From the IMG/VR virus record IMGVR_UViG_3300035208_006521, positions 17,413 to 81,412 of that record: 64,000 bases of DNA; one strand, given 5' to 3'. Source of the stretch: a virus. Taxonomy: Duplodnaviria; Caudoviricetes. Numbering within the stretch: position 1 is the stretch's first letter; each line of letters begins with the position of its first letter. Under the pieces are notes generated by a model that was not told the origin of the DNA, did not search any database, and saw nothing but the letters and a program-made list of their open reading frames with translations. The position numbers were made by a program, and so were the translations under genes. Positions 1-10,069 of the stretch are shown one piece after another.

Positions 1-1094
1 TTAAGACTAGAAGATAACTCCATACTTCTATCGGCATCTATTTTTAGGATATTTGATTTTGTCGTCCCGTCAAACTGATCTATTACAAAAGCCCTGAAAG
101 AACCCGTCCCCCTTTTCTGTATCCTTATACCGAATTGTCTTTCCGAATTATATCCATTGTTATAAAAATCAACAAATTCTTGATTTGGTTCATTACCTCT
201 AACAAGGCTAATGGTTGCTTCTCTTTCTTGTGTCAAATCTCCAGGGGGGGACCATATACTCAAAATAGAATATTGTTGATTGTAGTTTCTCAAAATTAGA
301 AAATCAGTTCCTCCCCTATACATTACTAATCTTGGGTCTACTTCTGGGCCAAATCCTATTCCGCCATTTTTCATTTTTAGATCAGTGTATAAATCCATAC
401 CTGCCAAAGTTTTCATAAGTCCTGAAAATTCTGTTGGGCCTAGAATTTTTCCTCCATATAACCTTAAATCAGAAATATCCTCTTTTATATAGGTAATGTC
501 TTTTTCAGTAGTCCAGTCTGCTGTCTCGCATCCATCGTAGTTGGCTGTACAATTCTTTATATAAGAATTTAGTATATTGGTTGATTGATAAGCGGGTACT
601 TGAATTTCAGCTATTTTAATCCATCCCGATGTTTTTGTAGGAGCAACTCCAGAACCTGGTGTGCCAGCTATTACTTGAGCTTCTATTTTTATTTCATTTG
701 TAGTATATACGGATGAATAGGATATCGCACCTGTTATAGGGTCCTTAAAAGCTCTTGTATCTTGATCCCCGGGAACTTCATAAAGCCTAATTTCTACCGT
801 ATCTATTCTCAAAGAAGAGACTCCATTTGTTACAGCAATAGGACCCAAGAGCTCTTTGTTATAGGCCATTCTAATGGTTGAATTACACACACCTAGCCCT
901 AGGGTGATGTCAATGTTCATAGAAGGTGTCGATCTTTGTTGTGCTTTTAATCCAAAAAAGATCAAATCCTTCGACATACTTCTGCTTATCATACGAAAAG
1001 CAGCCTCTAAATTTTTGACCTCTCTTTCGTTTATAAGTTCAAGGTCATTTGACTTCATTATTTCATTAGCTTGAAGTTTAGTTGTTTTTATCAT
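1..1094 (-). CDS. Tail fibre / receptor-binding protein, N-terminal part (runs off the left edge)
   Basis: Not in the ORF track. Manual translation from ATG at 1094 gives MIKTTKLQANEIMKSNDLELINERE...WIKIAEIQVPA..., open to base 1. Lies directly downstream of the baseplate genes. Confidence 0.65.
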   Translation of the reverse strand, partial: MIKTTKLQANEIMKSNDLELINEREVKNLEAAFRMISRSMSKDLIFFGLKAQQRSTPSMNIDITLGLGVCNSTIRMAYNKELLGPIAVTNGVSSLRIDTVEIRLYEVPGDQDTRAFKDPITGAISYSSVYTTNEIKIEAQVIAGTPGSGVAPTKTSGWIKIAEIQVPAYQSTNILNSYIKNCTANYDGCETADWTTEKDITYIKEDISDLRLYGGKILGPTEFSGLMKTLAGMDLYTDLKMKNGGIGFGPEVDPRLVMYRGGTDFLILRNYNQQYSILSIWSPPGDLTQEREATISLVRGNEPNQEFVDFYNNGYNSERQFGIRIQKRGTGSFRAFVIDQFDGTTKSNILKIDADRSMELSSSL

Positions 1095-1100
1095 ATAGTT

Positions 1101-2270
1101 TTAGCCTCCATATCTTGATACTACTTCTACAACAGATTTTATTCCAGCTGTCTTTACCTTATCCAAAAGCTCATTGAGAAAATCTAAAGGATAAGAACTG
1201 CCGGGTCCTGATAAAAAATCATTATCTAAAAAAGATGCATTTTCATAATCATAAGTGGCAATAGGGTCCGAGCCAGCTGGCCATAAATTGGAATAACTAC
1301 CCGGTAAATAATTTGATGCTATAAAAACTTTTACTGATGGATTTTCGGGCCAAATACCAAATCTAACTTTATCCACTCTCACCTTATAATTGTTTTCTGA
1401 GGATAAAAATGTAGATTCTGAAGCAATTATAAAAGTCAAATCCCTAGAATCAGGGCAGACTACATATACTTCATAGTAGACATAATTCAAACCTTTTTTT
1501 GGTATTAGTATCTTTGCTCCACTTATCCATGTATTTGTCTTTGCATCATATTGTTTTGAGTCTCCTGATCTTCTTATTGTTAGAGTTAATATATTATCCC
1601 CTGTACAGTTTCCATCATCTTTATAAAACATAGAAAACTTATAAATACCTGTCCCGACACTATTAACATTTTGTAGTATGTATGAACTATCTATGTCTTC
1701 GCTTATCTGAAATTCAACTGCTCTGGATTGTTCCAAATGTTCCGTTTTTGTTTCAACAATATGTGAATCCCCACTCTCATACTCATCCCAATTATCAAAA
1801 TCATTTCCTGTACCGTCTTCAAAATCACCGTTTAATATTACATCGCCTGTTTCTATATAATCATTTATGACAAATATATCTTTTTCATCAAAGAAATACG
1901 AGAAGACTTTTTTGATTGATAATGGTACCATCCATTTAGGAAATAATTTTCTTCTTATTATAGAAAAGAATCTGTTAATCAGATTAACATCGGTCTCTTC
2001 TTCGATCCTTTTCATATTAAGAAAAAAATCGGTTACTACATCAATCCATTCATTCTCTGACTTTCCTAAATCATAAGCTGATAGTGTATAAATTATAAAT
2101 AATTTCAAGAATTCTAATTCATTTGATATTGCCCCGCAGTTTATATCAGAACTCTGGTTTATTACTGTATTTGGAACAGAATTAACATCCCCATAAACAA
2201 CTTTATATCCTTTCTCTTGTTTATTTATAAGAGAAGGCATTCTTTCATTTAGTGATTTTATTATACTCAT
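1101..2270 (-). CDS. Baseplate wedge/tail protein with an inserted carbohydrate-binding-module-like domain
   Basis: 389 aa, follows baseplate J. The central ILNGDFEDG..FDNW segment resembles a CBM jelly-roll start. Confidence 0.55.
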   Translation of the reverse strand: MSIIKSLNERMPSLINKQEKGYKVVYGDVNSVPNTVINQSSDINCGAISNELEFLKLFIIYTLSAYDLGKSENEWIDVVTDFFLNMKRIEEETDVNLINRFFSIIRRKLFPKWMVPLSIKKVFSYFFDEKDIFVINDYIETGDVILNGDFEDGTGNDFDNWDEYESGDSHIVETKTEHLEQSRAVEFQISEDIDSSYILQNVNSVGTGIYKFSMFYKDDGNCTGDNILTLTIRRSGDSKQYDAKTNTWISGAKILIPKKGLNYVYYEVYVVCPDSRDLTFIIASESTFLSSENNYKVRVDKVRFGIWPENPSVKVFIASNYLPGSYSNLWPAGSDPIATYDYENASFLDNDFLSGPGSSYPLDFLNELLDKVKTAGIKSVVEVVSRYGG

Positions 2271-2271
2271 A

Positions 2272-3345
2272 TTAAGATACCGTTATAGACATTGTTCCTG
2301 GTTTTGCTATTTGGTTACTTCCTATAGATACATTTGAAGCCGGTTCGCTTACTGTACAATCTACAATTCCATTAACAGACATTATAGCTGATTCTATCTT
2401 CTTCTTTATAATATCTTCCCCAAGTGTCAATGAATTTATATAATCAGAAATTGCTTTCTTTGTTGTAAACTCTATTAAAGATTCAGACAATCTTCCGTCG
2501 CTATATGCTGTCGCTACTACGTCCTGGGTTACTTTTACTGGGGCTAATACTCTAACATGAATTCCTGCAGCCCTTTCGCCTGGGTTGGTTTCTGAATCAT
2601 TTCCAACAACTGCAAGGGTTACGGCTTCTATCATTGAATCTGGGGCATTGCCGGCCCCATCTTCTACATATAAAGAAAAATGATAAGTATCGGATGGAGG
2701 AAAATGTTCTATTATTTGTGCTGATCTTACCCCGTATACTTTCTTAGCAGTAGCCAATATCCCCGCTTTGTTGGCATTTCCTAATCCTTCTACATATTCC
2801 TGGAATCTTTTTATATGTTGAGTGGGAGATTCTTCGTCTACTCCTCCCGAAGTTTTATTTGGATTGTTTACAGTTTCTATTCCGTCAAGTGAAGTTTCTA
2901 GTACAGTTATCGTGTTTTCCAGAACATTACCCGCTTTACCCACTTCTATAGCTTCTATGGAAATGGCTGAAGAAGAATCCGAGCCATCCAATATTTGCCC
3001 ATCTTCTGTAGTTTGAAATCTTATACCATCCGCCGTTGTTACAATAGTTGTAGATGGTATTGGTATTGTACCAATAGTGCCTGTTCTTCCGAAAATAACA
3101 CTACCTGCCGACTTTTTCGAAATTCCTTTTATAAATCCGAATATAGTGACAGGAATATCCCTCATGGATTCCTTAAATCCTATTTTTGTCTTTATGTAGA
3201 GTTGTTCTATTTCCAGACTTAGTGCTTCACAAATTGAAGCTACTATAGAACCTTCATTGAAATCCGTTAATTTTTCCTGGTTAGCAATTATCCAGGTCAA
3301 CATATCTGAATAAACATTATCAAATTTCTTTATTTCAAATTCCAT
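2272..3345 (-). CDS. Baseplate J-like wedge protein
   Basis: 357 aa. Motifs AIEVGKAGNV..NTIT and GGVDEES match the baseplate J family. Confidence 0.85.
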   Translation of the reverse strand: MEFEIKKFDNVYSDMLTWIIANQEKLTDFNEGSIVASICEALSLEIEQLYIKTKIGFKESMRDIPVTIFGFIKGISKKSAGSVIFGRTGTIGTIPIPSTTIVTTADGIRFQTTEDGQILDGSDSSSAISIEAIEVGKAGNVLENTITVLETSLDGIETVNNPNKTSGGVDEESPTQHIKRFQEYVEGLGNANKAGILATAKKVYGVRSAQIIEHFPPSDTYHFSLYVEDGAGNAPDSMIEAVTLAVVGNDSETNPGERAAGIHVRVLAPVKVTQDVVATAYSDGRLSESLIEFTTKKAISDYINSLTLGEDIIKKKIESAIMSVNGIVDCTVSEPASNVSIGSNQIAKPGTMSITVS

Positions 3346-5009
3346 TAAATTTCTCCTGAATAAGGTATATAATCACCTTCTTTTATAGTGGTAAAATTTA
3401 AACTAATTTCTATTGCATCCCCAGACATATTCATCGTTATTCCTTCTATTCTGGAAATTCTTGGGTCTTGAATCAGGGTATCCTTTATATTAACCACTGC
3501 ATAAGAAAGTGGGGTTAGATCAGACATATTACCACCAACGGAAGTTCTTAACCCGTACATGATAAGTCTTAGTCTTCTTCCTAGAGTTTCGTTTAACCTC
3601 AAATTCACCGCTTGTATTATATTTTTTATCCCACTTACAATTGCATAATCTCCATTGGCTGATATTACCATATTACCATCAGCATCCAGTCTTATATCAG
3701 AACCGTAGACATCAACAAGTTCAGTTGAATATACAAGGTTTGAGAAAACACTTTCCCCTTTAACAAGAGATGGAATTTTTACGGTTTGTCCTACTACTAA
3801 ATCATCATCCCCTGCTAAACCATTAAAGTCTGCCAATAAGCTTTGGTATATAGGATCGCCAAGATAGTTGGCCGCTAAATTTTCCAAGGTCGTTGTTTCT
3901 GTTATAGTTACTGTTTTGTAGCCATAAGTTACATATTCACTAGATTCATTTATATCTTTATCCATAAATTCATCAATAGCTGGAGCGTCTTCTTCTATGG
4001 AAAAATCTTCTGTCCTTAATATTAAGTCATCTACGTTAGATTGTCCGGATTTTTCGGTATATCTTTTATAACCAGCAGACCCCATGGTCTTACCATTGAC
4101 TACAAGGGAACAAAATAAAGTATTCACACTAGTTGAAGTAATTAAAATTTTATAATAGTCCATTTGGTCCGAGAAAAAAGCTTTTTCTTGTTCGGTAAGA
4201 TTCCTTATATCTTGAACTATTTCTCTGGATAAGTTTTTACATTTTTCAATGAGAGTCCTGGGATAATTCACTAAATTATTAACCTGGTTGACAAAACTTA
4301 TAAATTGGTCTTCGAGATCATCAACTAGATCAATAAGATTATCAATCTTATCCATTACATTTTTTATTGATGTAAGAGTTCTTTTGATAACATTTACTGC
4401 CTTCCTTATAGCCCCAAGTACTGTGAAAGGGTCTTTAATAGCTACGGGATTTTTTACCTCGTATGTAGCTGTACCCAATTCCCTGATAGCCGTTAATTCA
4501 AGGTCATAACTAAAGAATAAAGGTTTATCTTTATTCCTAGAAGATTTGAATTTATCCAATTGGCAAACATATCCTTCCGTTGCTATCTCAAGCGGAACTC
4601 CTGCTACCATCGCCCTTTCATTTGCTGTACTAAGATCATATAATCTTAAATCATATTTAAGATAATCATCCTTTAACCACTTTTTGTATCTTATTATTTT
4701 ATCCCTGAAATAATAAAAAGCTTTTCTGCCGTCAAACTTTTCATTATTGATAGATGCTCCTTTGGAAGTACTATAAGTATTCCGAGCAGTCATACCCCCT
4801 GTATTACCTGATATTGAAATGACTTGATTGTCAGGACCATAATCATCTATGAATATTCCACCAAAGGTTTTTTTCTTTGATACCCTTTGTGGTTCTTCAA
4901 CGTTGAAACTCTCGGGTGGTATAGTAAGAGTAAAAGCTTCTTTTACTCTCCCGGTTGTTCTGTCGAGTAATTCAAATAATATAGATTTTTTATATAATGA
5001 TTCTGCCAT
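3345..5009 (-). CDS. Baseplate protein: tube-initiator-like N-terminus, LysM-like domain and gp25-like C-terminus
   Basis: 554 aa. Contains TLENLAANYLGD...LVVGQTVKIP (LysM-like) and C-terminal IIQAVNLRL...TLIQDPRI (gp25-like). Confidence 0.7.
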   Translation of the reverse strand: MAESLYKKSILFELLDRTTGRVKEAFTLTIPPESFNVEEPQRVSKKKTFGGIFIDDYGPDNQVISISGNTGGMTARNTYSTSKGASINNEKFDGRKAFYYFRDKIIRYKKWLKDDYLKYDLRLYDLSTANERAMVAGVPLEIATEGYVCQLDKFKSSRNKDKPLFFSYDLELTAIRELGTATYEVKNPVAIKDPFTVLGAIRKAVNVIKRTLTSIKNVMDKIDNLIDLVDDLEDQFISFVNQVNNLVNYPRTLIEKCKNLSREIVQDIRNLTEQEKAFFSDQMDYYKILITSTSVNTLFCSLVVNGKTMGSAGYKRYTEKSGQSNVDDLILRTEDFSIEEDAPAIDEFMDKDINESSEYVTYGYKTVTITETTTLENLAANYLGDPIYQSLLADFNGLAGDDDLVVGQTVKIPSLVKGESVFSNLVYSTELVDVYGSDIRLDADGNMVISANGDYAIVSGIKNIIQAVNLRLNETLGRRLRLIMYGLRTSVGGNMSDLTPLSYAVVNIKDTLIQDPRISRIEGITMNMSGDAIEISLNFTTIKEGDYIPYSGEI

Positions 5010-5010
5010 T

Positions 5011-5400
5011 CTATTCTCCTATCACTTTCGACTGACCCGCAGATGATATTTTGACAGGTTGGTTACCCAAGCTAACCGGATTGCCACTTAGAGTACCTTG
5101 AAAAGGACCTGTTATTGTTTCATCATCTAATCTCATCACATATTTTGAGCTGGTCGAATTATCCCTATTTTTTGTGCTAGAAGCCAATACTGATCCCGAA
5201 CCCATGACAGTACCTGGATCGCAACCTGAAGCATTACCACCTGAAAAAGTAAAATCTACTTTTTCAAAAAAAACTCCTCCGCCCTCTGCTTTAACCTTCA
5301 AACTCGGGACGGAAGTTATCACAAAAACTCCTAAAGTTACCAAGGAGCCAGTACCATGTCCTAATGAACCATTCATATTCATTAGAGCTTTTTTGCTCAT
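5011..5400 (-). CDS. Putative spike-tip (PAAR-like) protein
   Basis: 129 aa, Gly/Ser-rich beta protein immediately after the spike gene. No literal PAAR motif. Confidence 0.45.
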   Translation of the reverse strand: MSKKALMNMNGSLGHGTGSLVTLGVFVITSVPSLKVKAEGGGVFFEKVDFTFSGGNASGCDPGTVMGSGSVLASSTKNRDNSTSSKYVMRLDDETITGPFQGTLSGNPVSLGNQPVKISSAGQSKVIGE

Positions 5401-6053
5401 TGTAATATCTCCAGATTGTCATTTATTACAATACTTGATGTTCCCATTACAAATGTATTTGAATTTTTATCTGTCAATGTTATCCCATCTGAATTCATTT
5501 GTACAATATTATTATCCTTACTCTGGATTGTTATATCATTTGTAGGGTCCAGAATTATTTTATTTCCTTCCTTATCTTCTATTGTCCAAACCCCTGTTGA
5601 TCTGTCATAGGTTTCTTTTAGCCCGCCTTTTCTTATTTTTAAATCTATATCTTCCTGGCCCGATTTTATCAATTCAGTTTTTAATTTGTCCCCTAAACCA
5701 CCGAGTAAACTTAATACAGAACATATTACTATTGCATTCTCTATTATGCCATCCGGAAATAATATGAGTACCTTGGATTTTTCTGATGGCAATCTTCTTT
5801 CGCCATATCCTCTTTCTGATTCAAAACCCACCCATTCAAGACTAGCAACTTCACAATTTCTTATTATCATTCCTGTAGATAATCTTACATCAACCATCAT
5901 TGTTGATGAATTTCTGCTACCTGGTACAATAGTGCCCCAAGTTATATAAAGTGGCTTATCGTAGCTATTATCCCTGGCAAAGGATTCTTTAGCTGCGGCT
6001 ATAGGAGCCTGATCATAATAACCTTCTTCTATTATTTCTATTTCTTCTGGCAT
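5397..6053 (-). CDS. Baseplate central spike (gpV/gp45-like)
   Basis: 218 aa. OB-fold-like N-terminus and C-terminal beta-helix repeats (DKEGNKIIL, SKDNNIVQM, DKNSNTFVM). Confidence 0.7.
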   Translation of the reverse strand: MPEEIEIIEEGYYDQAPIAAAKESFARDNSYDKPLYITWGTIVPGSRNSSTMMVDVRLSTGMIIRNCEVASLEWVGFESERGYGERRLPSEKSKVLILFPDGIIENAIVICSVLSLLGGLGDKLKTELIKSGQEDIDLKIRKGGLKETYDRSTGVWTIEDKEGNKIILDPTNDITIQSKDNNIVQMNSDGITLTDKNSNTFVMGTSSIVINDNLEILQ

Positions 6054-6054
6054 A

Positions 6055-6095
6055 ATATTGTCCTTATAAACCCATCTTATTATATTGTCCTTATA
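6055..6095. repeat. 14-bp direct repeat ATATTGTCCTTATA (6055-6068, 6082-6095)
   Basis: Two exact copies in the intergenic gap, overlapping the promoter and RBS of the spike gene. Confidence 0.8.
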
Positions 6096-6102
6096 TTGTA
6101 AA
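6074..6102 (-). promoter_or_regulatory. Putative sigma70-like promoter TTTACA-17-TAAGAT
   Basis: Has the same GTTTAC -35 element as four other intergenic sites. Confidence 0.4.
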
Positions 6103-7596
6103 CTACTTTTTATTAAAGTCAGGTTCTAGTGATATTCTGGCTACATTTTCCAGTTTTCCTATCATATTACCGGATGAATCATATCTATATCCCCGGGAAA
6201 CACCAATTCTAGTTGTCATTGCTCCCATATAACTCCAGGAATGATCTACGCTTTCTACATAAAATTCTCCATCCAGAAATGATATTCTTTCCCCTATTTT
6301 TGGGTCTTGAATTTGTGAATAATTTTTGTCTTCTGTACCTTGCCAATCAGCATTATTTATAGTGTGTATTGAAATACTGCCGCTATACATTTCATCATTG
6401 TGCTGATACCATCTTTTCATCATCCTCGAAAATTCTTTCATTAAAGAATAGGCTTCGGAAAATTGTTCTATTTTGCTCCTGTTAAAAAATCTGAATTCTG
6501 TTATTAAGGGTCTGTATCCAAACTTTCTTAATTTTTCATCATCTATCTCATATAATTTACCTTTCTTTTCGCCAGGTCCCAATTCTACATCCATAACCAT
6601 AGCTTTAGTTCTATCTATAACAGAACCAGGCAGGGTACATAAATAAAAACTAAATACATCACTTATAGATGTATTCAAATCAAATTCTTGTATAACAACA
6701 GGCGGAAGAAGGTTAGTTTTTAATAGCTTCCAATCTTGTGGTTCAAAAGGAGCCTGTCTGAAAATTATTTCATAGCCTCCGTCGGATGATTTTGCGCTCT
6801 TTGGATTCCATCTACCGTACATTTCATTTATTGGAGGTTGAGCAAGCCCTTGCCATAACTCCCATATGCTGTTTTCTCCCCTCTGATATAAAGACAGAGT
6901 CATGGGATATTTTATGATAAAATTATTTGGGATTCCGGTTTCCAGATCAACAAACTTATCTAATATGGCTCTAACACCTATACCGGCTGAGTTGCCGGCT
7001 GAATCACTTTCCCCTATTTTAAGAGCAAGACCCATGAAGCTTTGATATATTGGCAACAATATAGTTGGTCCCACTTTCGCGCCTTCATCCTGGGCCGATG
7101 CTAATTTCTTCTGTAGATTTGAGGCTAAGGTGACGGCTGATGGTTGTCCTTGATAGATAGCAGCGTCTATTACCATTTTAAAGGCTGATAATAATCCACC
7201 TATATTGCTTCCTGTCATAACTATGTTTCTATCGGGTTTTCCATCTTCTGACATTGAAGCAGAATATCCCCTTTGGGTTATATATCCCACATATCTCACT
7301 ACACCAAATTCGATAAAAAATACAAGGTCCATTTCTTTTAATTTATCCATCCAAGTCATTCCTCTATCATCTCTAGAAGGTACTAGTGACAGAGTAAAAG
7401 AACCTTCTACTGAGGAAATATTCTCTGAAAAATTATAAGATATTAAATCCGTCGATAGCTCGTATTCGGAACCTTTTTTTAATTTAGTAGAACTGGAAGT
7501 AAAACCCACTATATATTTACCATCATAAGAAGCACTTTTAAAATTTGGCCTCCATATTTTTATCTCGAAATCTACTACTCTCCTTTTATATTTCAT
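6103..7596 (-). CDS. Baseplate hub / tail protein
   Basis: 497 aa, between tape measure and spike. Contains EFYVESVDHSWS...TTRIGVSRG, typical of a hub C-terminus. Confidence 0.65.
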   Translation of the reverse strand: MKYKRRVVDFEIKIWRPNFKSASYDGKYIVGFTSSSTKLKKGSEYELSTDLISYNFSENISSVEGSFTLSLVPSRDDRGMTWMDKLKEMDLVFFIEFGVVRYVGYITQRGYSASMSEDGKPDRNIVMTGSNIGGLLSAFKMVIDAAIYQGQPSAVTLASNLQKKLASAQDEGAKVGPTILLPIYQSFMGLALKIGESDSAGNSAGIGVRAILDKFVDLETGIPNNFIIKYPMTLSLYQRGENSIWELWQGLAQPPINEMYGRWNPKSAKSSDGGYEIIFRQAPFEPQDWKLLKTNLLPPVVIQEFDLNTSISDVFSFYLCTLPGSVIDRTKAMVMDVELGPGEKKGKLYEIDDEKLRKFGYRPLITEFRFFNRSKIEQFSEAYSLMKEFSRMMKRWYQHNDEMYSGSISIHTINNADWQGTEDKNYSQIQDPKIGERISFLDGEFYVESVDHSWSYMGAMTTRIGVSRGYRYDSSGNMIGKLENVARISLEPDFNKK

Positions 7597-9338
7597 TTTT
7601 TGGTCCTCGGAACTTTTATCACTGTCTTTGAGTTATTTTTTCTTCTCAATTCTTCTGTGTTCCTGTTAATAGCATCCACTAACGGACTAGTTGCTAATAC
7701 ATCAAAAGGTGGAATTTTCATTTTACTTTTTTCTTCAGGAGTCATTTCCGGGGGACCTAATATATTTTCCTTAGCCTGATTTAATCCTTCTCCCATATCT
7801 TTTTTCCAGTTTTCAAATCCACCTTTTCCTACATATCTATCAACTTTTAAAGAATAGGCTACTCCTTTTTGCATAACATCATAAGCCCCTTTTGAGAGGT
7901 CGTTTTTTAATGGTACTATTGTCTCTGCTATTTTACGGACATCGTTCATTATAGTTTCCTGGGTTCTTAACATACTCATTTCTGGAGTACCCATTATGCC
8001 CCTGGCTTTTTCTTCAACGTCCTTTTTTGATTTTATTGAGAGTGCTTTCATTTCTTCCCTACCAAATTTATCGGTGGGTACTTTCATCATTCTTTCGGAA
8101 GTTTCTGCAGTCCATCCAAAATATTCTTCCATTGTTTGTTGTATAAGGTCTTTGTCCCCTATTAAGCCGGTCAACATTTCTCTGTATTTACCAAACAATT
8201 CCGGAGTCATTCCTCTTTGTAGTCTCTTTGTTATTTGTGACCTGGAAGCCGTCCCCGCTTCTCCTTTTTTTCTCATCTCATCCTGTTCGAGACTTTGCGC
8301 CGCTCTCCACATTATAACATCTTCTTCTCTCCCCAATTTGGCAGCACCAATTGCAACACCTTCCATTTTTTTGTATTGTTCAACGCCATATTGTCCTTTG
8401 AACATAGGACCTGCTTGTGATAACCAAGCTAGACTCTGAGCAGCTTCATCAGCTCCAACTTCTACACCCCTAGCAACACCTGCTTGTATTATGTCAGCTA
8501 ATCCTTCTAGAGCTTCCATAAACTGGCCTTCTTTTAATCCTGAGGCTTTAGTAACTGCACCTCCAAGACCTAGCATATTTTCAGCCCAACCAAACCTCAT
8601 TCCCATTGCTTCAAATCTAGCAAGCTCTGATGGAGATTTTCCATATGCTCTACCGTACATTTCCACATTAAGGGCGGATTTTTCTAACTCTCTTCTTTCC
8701 CCTTTTGAAGTAAGACTTGCTCCCCCTATCTCTGCCAATTTTCTATATACAGACATACCTTCTTCCAAAGTATACCCATATTTGCTTGCTGTGTTTGAAA
8801 TCATGTTCATTGTTCCCCCGAAATTTCTTCCGAAAGAACTCATAGAAGAGGTTAGTTCAGCCAATCCTTTTAGATGTTTTTCATACTGCATTTCAACGGC
8901 ATTTAGGGCTATAGCAGTTGCTCCACCAACTAAGAGAATTTCTCCAACTACTTTTGGCAATTTTTCAACCATCTTACTAGTGGAGCTTAATATATCCCCC
9001 GTTGCTGCCATTACATCTCCTTCTCCCAAATCTGTGGCTACCCTGCCAACTTCATGAACTCCATGTGCGGCTTCTTTTAAAGGTCTTTCTCCTTGACTTT
9101 TTTTTCTACTATCCTTTTCATCTTCTTTTCTTTCCTGATTCCTCATTTTGTTCTGGGTATCGTGGAATTTATCTACTCTATCTGCAAAGGATTTGTATTT
9201 TTGCTCCAAATCCCCAAGCTGCAGGGCATCTTTCATGTCCCCTGCAGCATCTGAGATATTCCTAAAACCTTCTTCGACCCTGGAAGCAACCGGCGTTACT
9301 TCCTCTGTCATTGTTAAATTTAATCCTATCTGTGGCAT
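7593..9338 (-). CDS. Tape measure protein
   Basis: 581 aa, helical and Ala/Gly/Met-rich. Follows the tube and chaperone genes. Confidence 0.8.
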   Translation of the reverse strand: MPQIGLNLTMTEEVTPVASRVEEGFRNISDAAGDMKDALQLGDLEQKYKSFADRVDKFHDTQNKMRNQERKEDEKDSRKKSQGERPLKEAAHGVHEVGRVATDLGEGDVMAATGDILSSTSKMVEKLPKVVGEILLVGGATAIALNAVEMQYEKHLKGLAELTSSMSSFGRNFGGTMNMISNTASKYGYTLEEGMSVYRKLAEIGGASLTSKGERRELEKSALNVEMYGRAYGKSPSELARFEAMGMRFGWAENMLGLGGAVTKASGLKEGQFMEALEGLADIIQAGVARGVEVGADEAAQSLAWLSQAGPMFKGQYGVEQYKKMEGVAIGAAKLGREEDVIMWRAAQSLEQDEMRKKGEAGTASRSQITKRLQRGMTPELFGKYREMLTGLIGDKDLIQQTMEEYFGWTAETSERMMKVPTDKFGREEMKALSIKSKKDVEEKARGIMGTPEMSMLRTQETIMNDVRKIAETIVPLKNDLSKGAYDVMQKGVAYSLKVDRYVGKGGFENWKKDMGEGLNQAKENILGPPEMTPEEKSKMKIPPFDVLATSPLVDAINRNTEELRRKNNSKTVIKVPRTKK

Positions 9339-9340
9339 TT

Positions 9341-9655
9341 CTACCTACCTCTACTAAGAATATCCTTTGATATTTTTTCAATATCCTCTTCGGAATATCC
9401 CATGGATTTTAGGGATTCTTTTGGTATTTTATTTTCTTCTGTTTCCTTTCTTTTCCTCTTTATATAAGCATCTTTAAATATTTCAACAGATGGTATCTGT
9501 ACAGGAATTATAAAAAGAAGCTCTATAAGTTCATCAGAAATTGATTTGAATCTTTTGTCAGTCGGTAATATTCGATAGCGATCCATTACCCATAATTTCA
9601 TCTTCATCTCCGGACTGCTCTTTTCTACTGTCTCCGACAAATCTTGATTCTCCAA
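9341..9655 (-). CDS. Tail assembly chaperone 2 (likely true start ATG at 9601 or 9607)
   Basis: KLWVMDRYRILPTDKRF motif and position just before the tape measure gene. Confidence 0.65.
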   Translation of the reverse strand: MENQDLSETVEKSSPEMKMKLWVMDRYRILPTDKRFKSISDELIELLFIIPVQIPSVEIFKDAYIKRKRKETEENKIPKESLKSMGYSEEDIEKISKDILSRGR

Positions 9656-10031
9656 TTTTCTTTTGTGTCTTTTTACGAAGTTGAAGATACCTCCCGTAAA
9701 GCTTTGCTATGAATTCGGTATCAGGACAATGTTCCGAAGAAGATAATTTATTCCACCACTCCGGGGCCTCAACAATAACATAATCAAGGACTGCATATAC
9801 TCTGAATTCTCTTATCTGTTCGGGAGTAAATGCTTCCGTTGGCATACCTTCAAGTCTCTGGGCTAGAGATACTTCTATCCTTCTCAAATCATAGGGAAGA
9901 GGGAACTTTATAATAAAGTTCCCCCTCTTTGTCTTTACTGTTTCACTAATTTGTTTACCAGACAATATTCTCTCCAGAATATCATCACTTTCTTTTTCTG
10001 CTCTCGTCATTTTGTTTCCTTCTGTTGACAT
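9558..10031 (-). CDS. Tail assembly chaperone 1
   Basis: 157 aa after the tail tube gene. Contains YAVLDYVIVEAPEWW, a Twort/SPO1-like chaperone pattern. Confidence 0.7.
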   Translation of the reverse strand: MSTEGNKMTRAEKESDDILERILSGKQISETVKTKRGNFIIKFPLPYDLRRIEVSLAQRLEGMPTEAFTPEQIREFRVYAVLDYVIVEAPEWWNKLSSSEHCPDTEFIAKLYGRYLQLRKKTQKKIGESRFVGDSRKEQSGDEDEIMGNGSLSNITD

Positions 10032-10069
10032 ATACTTCTCCTTTTTTATTATTTAAAAACATCCGTTAT

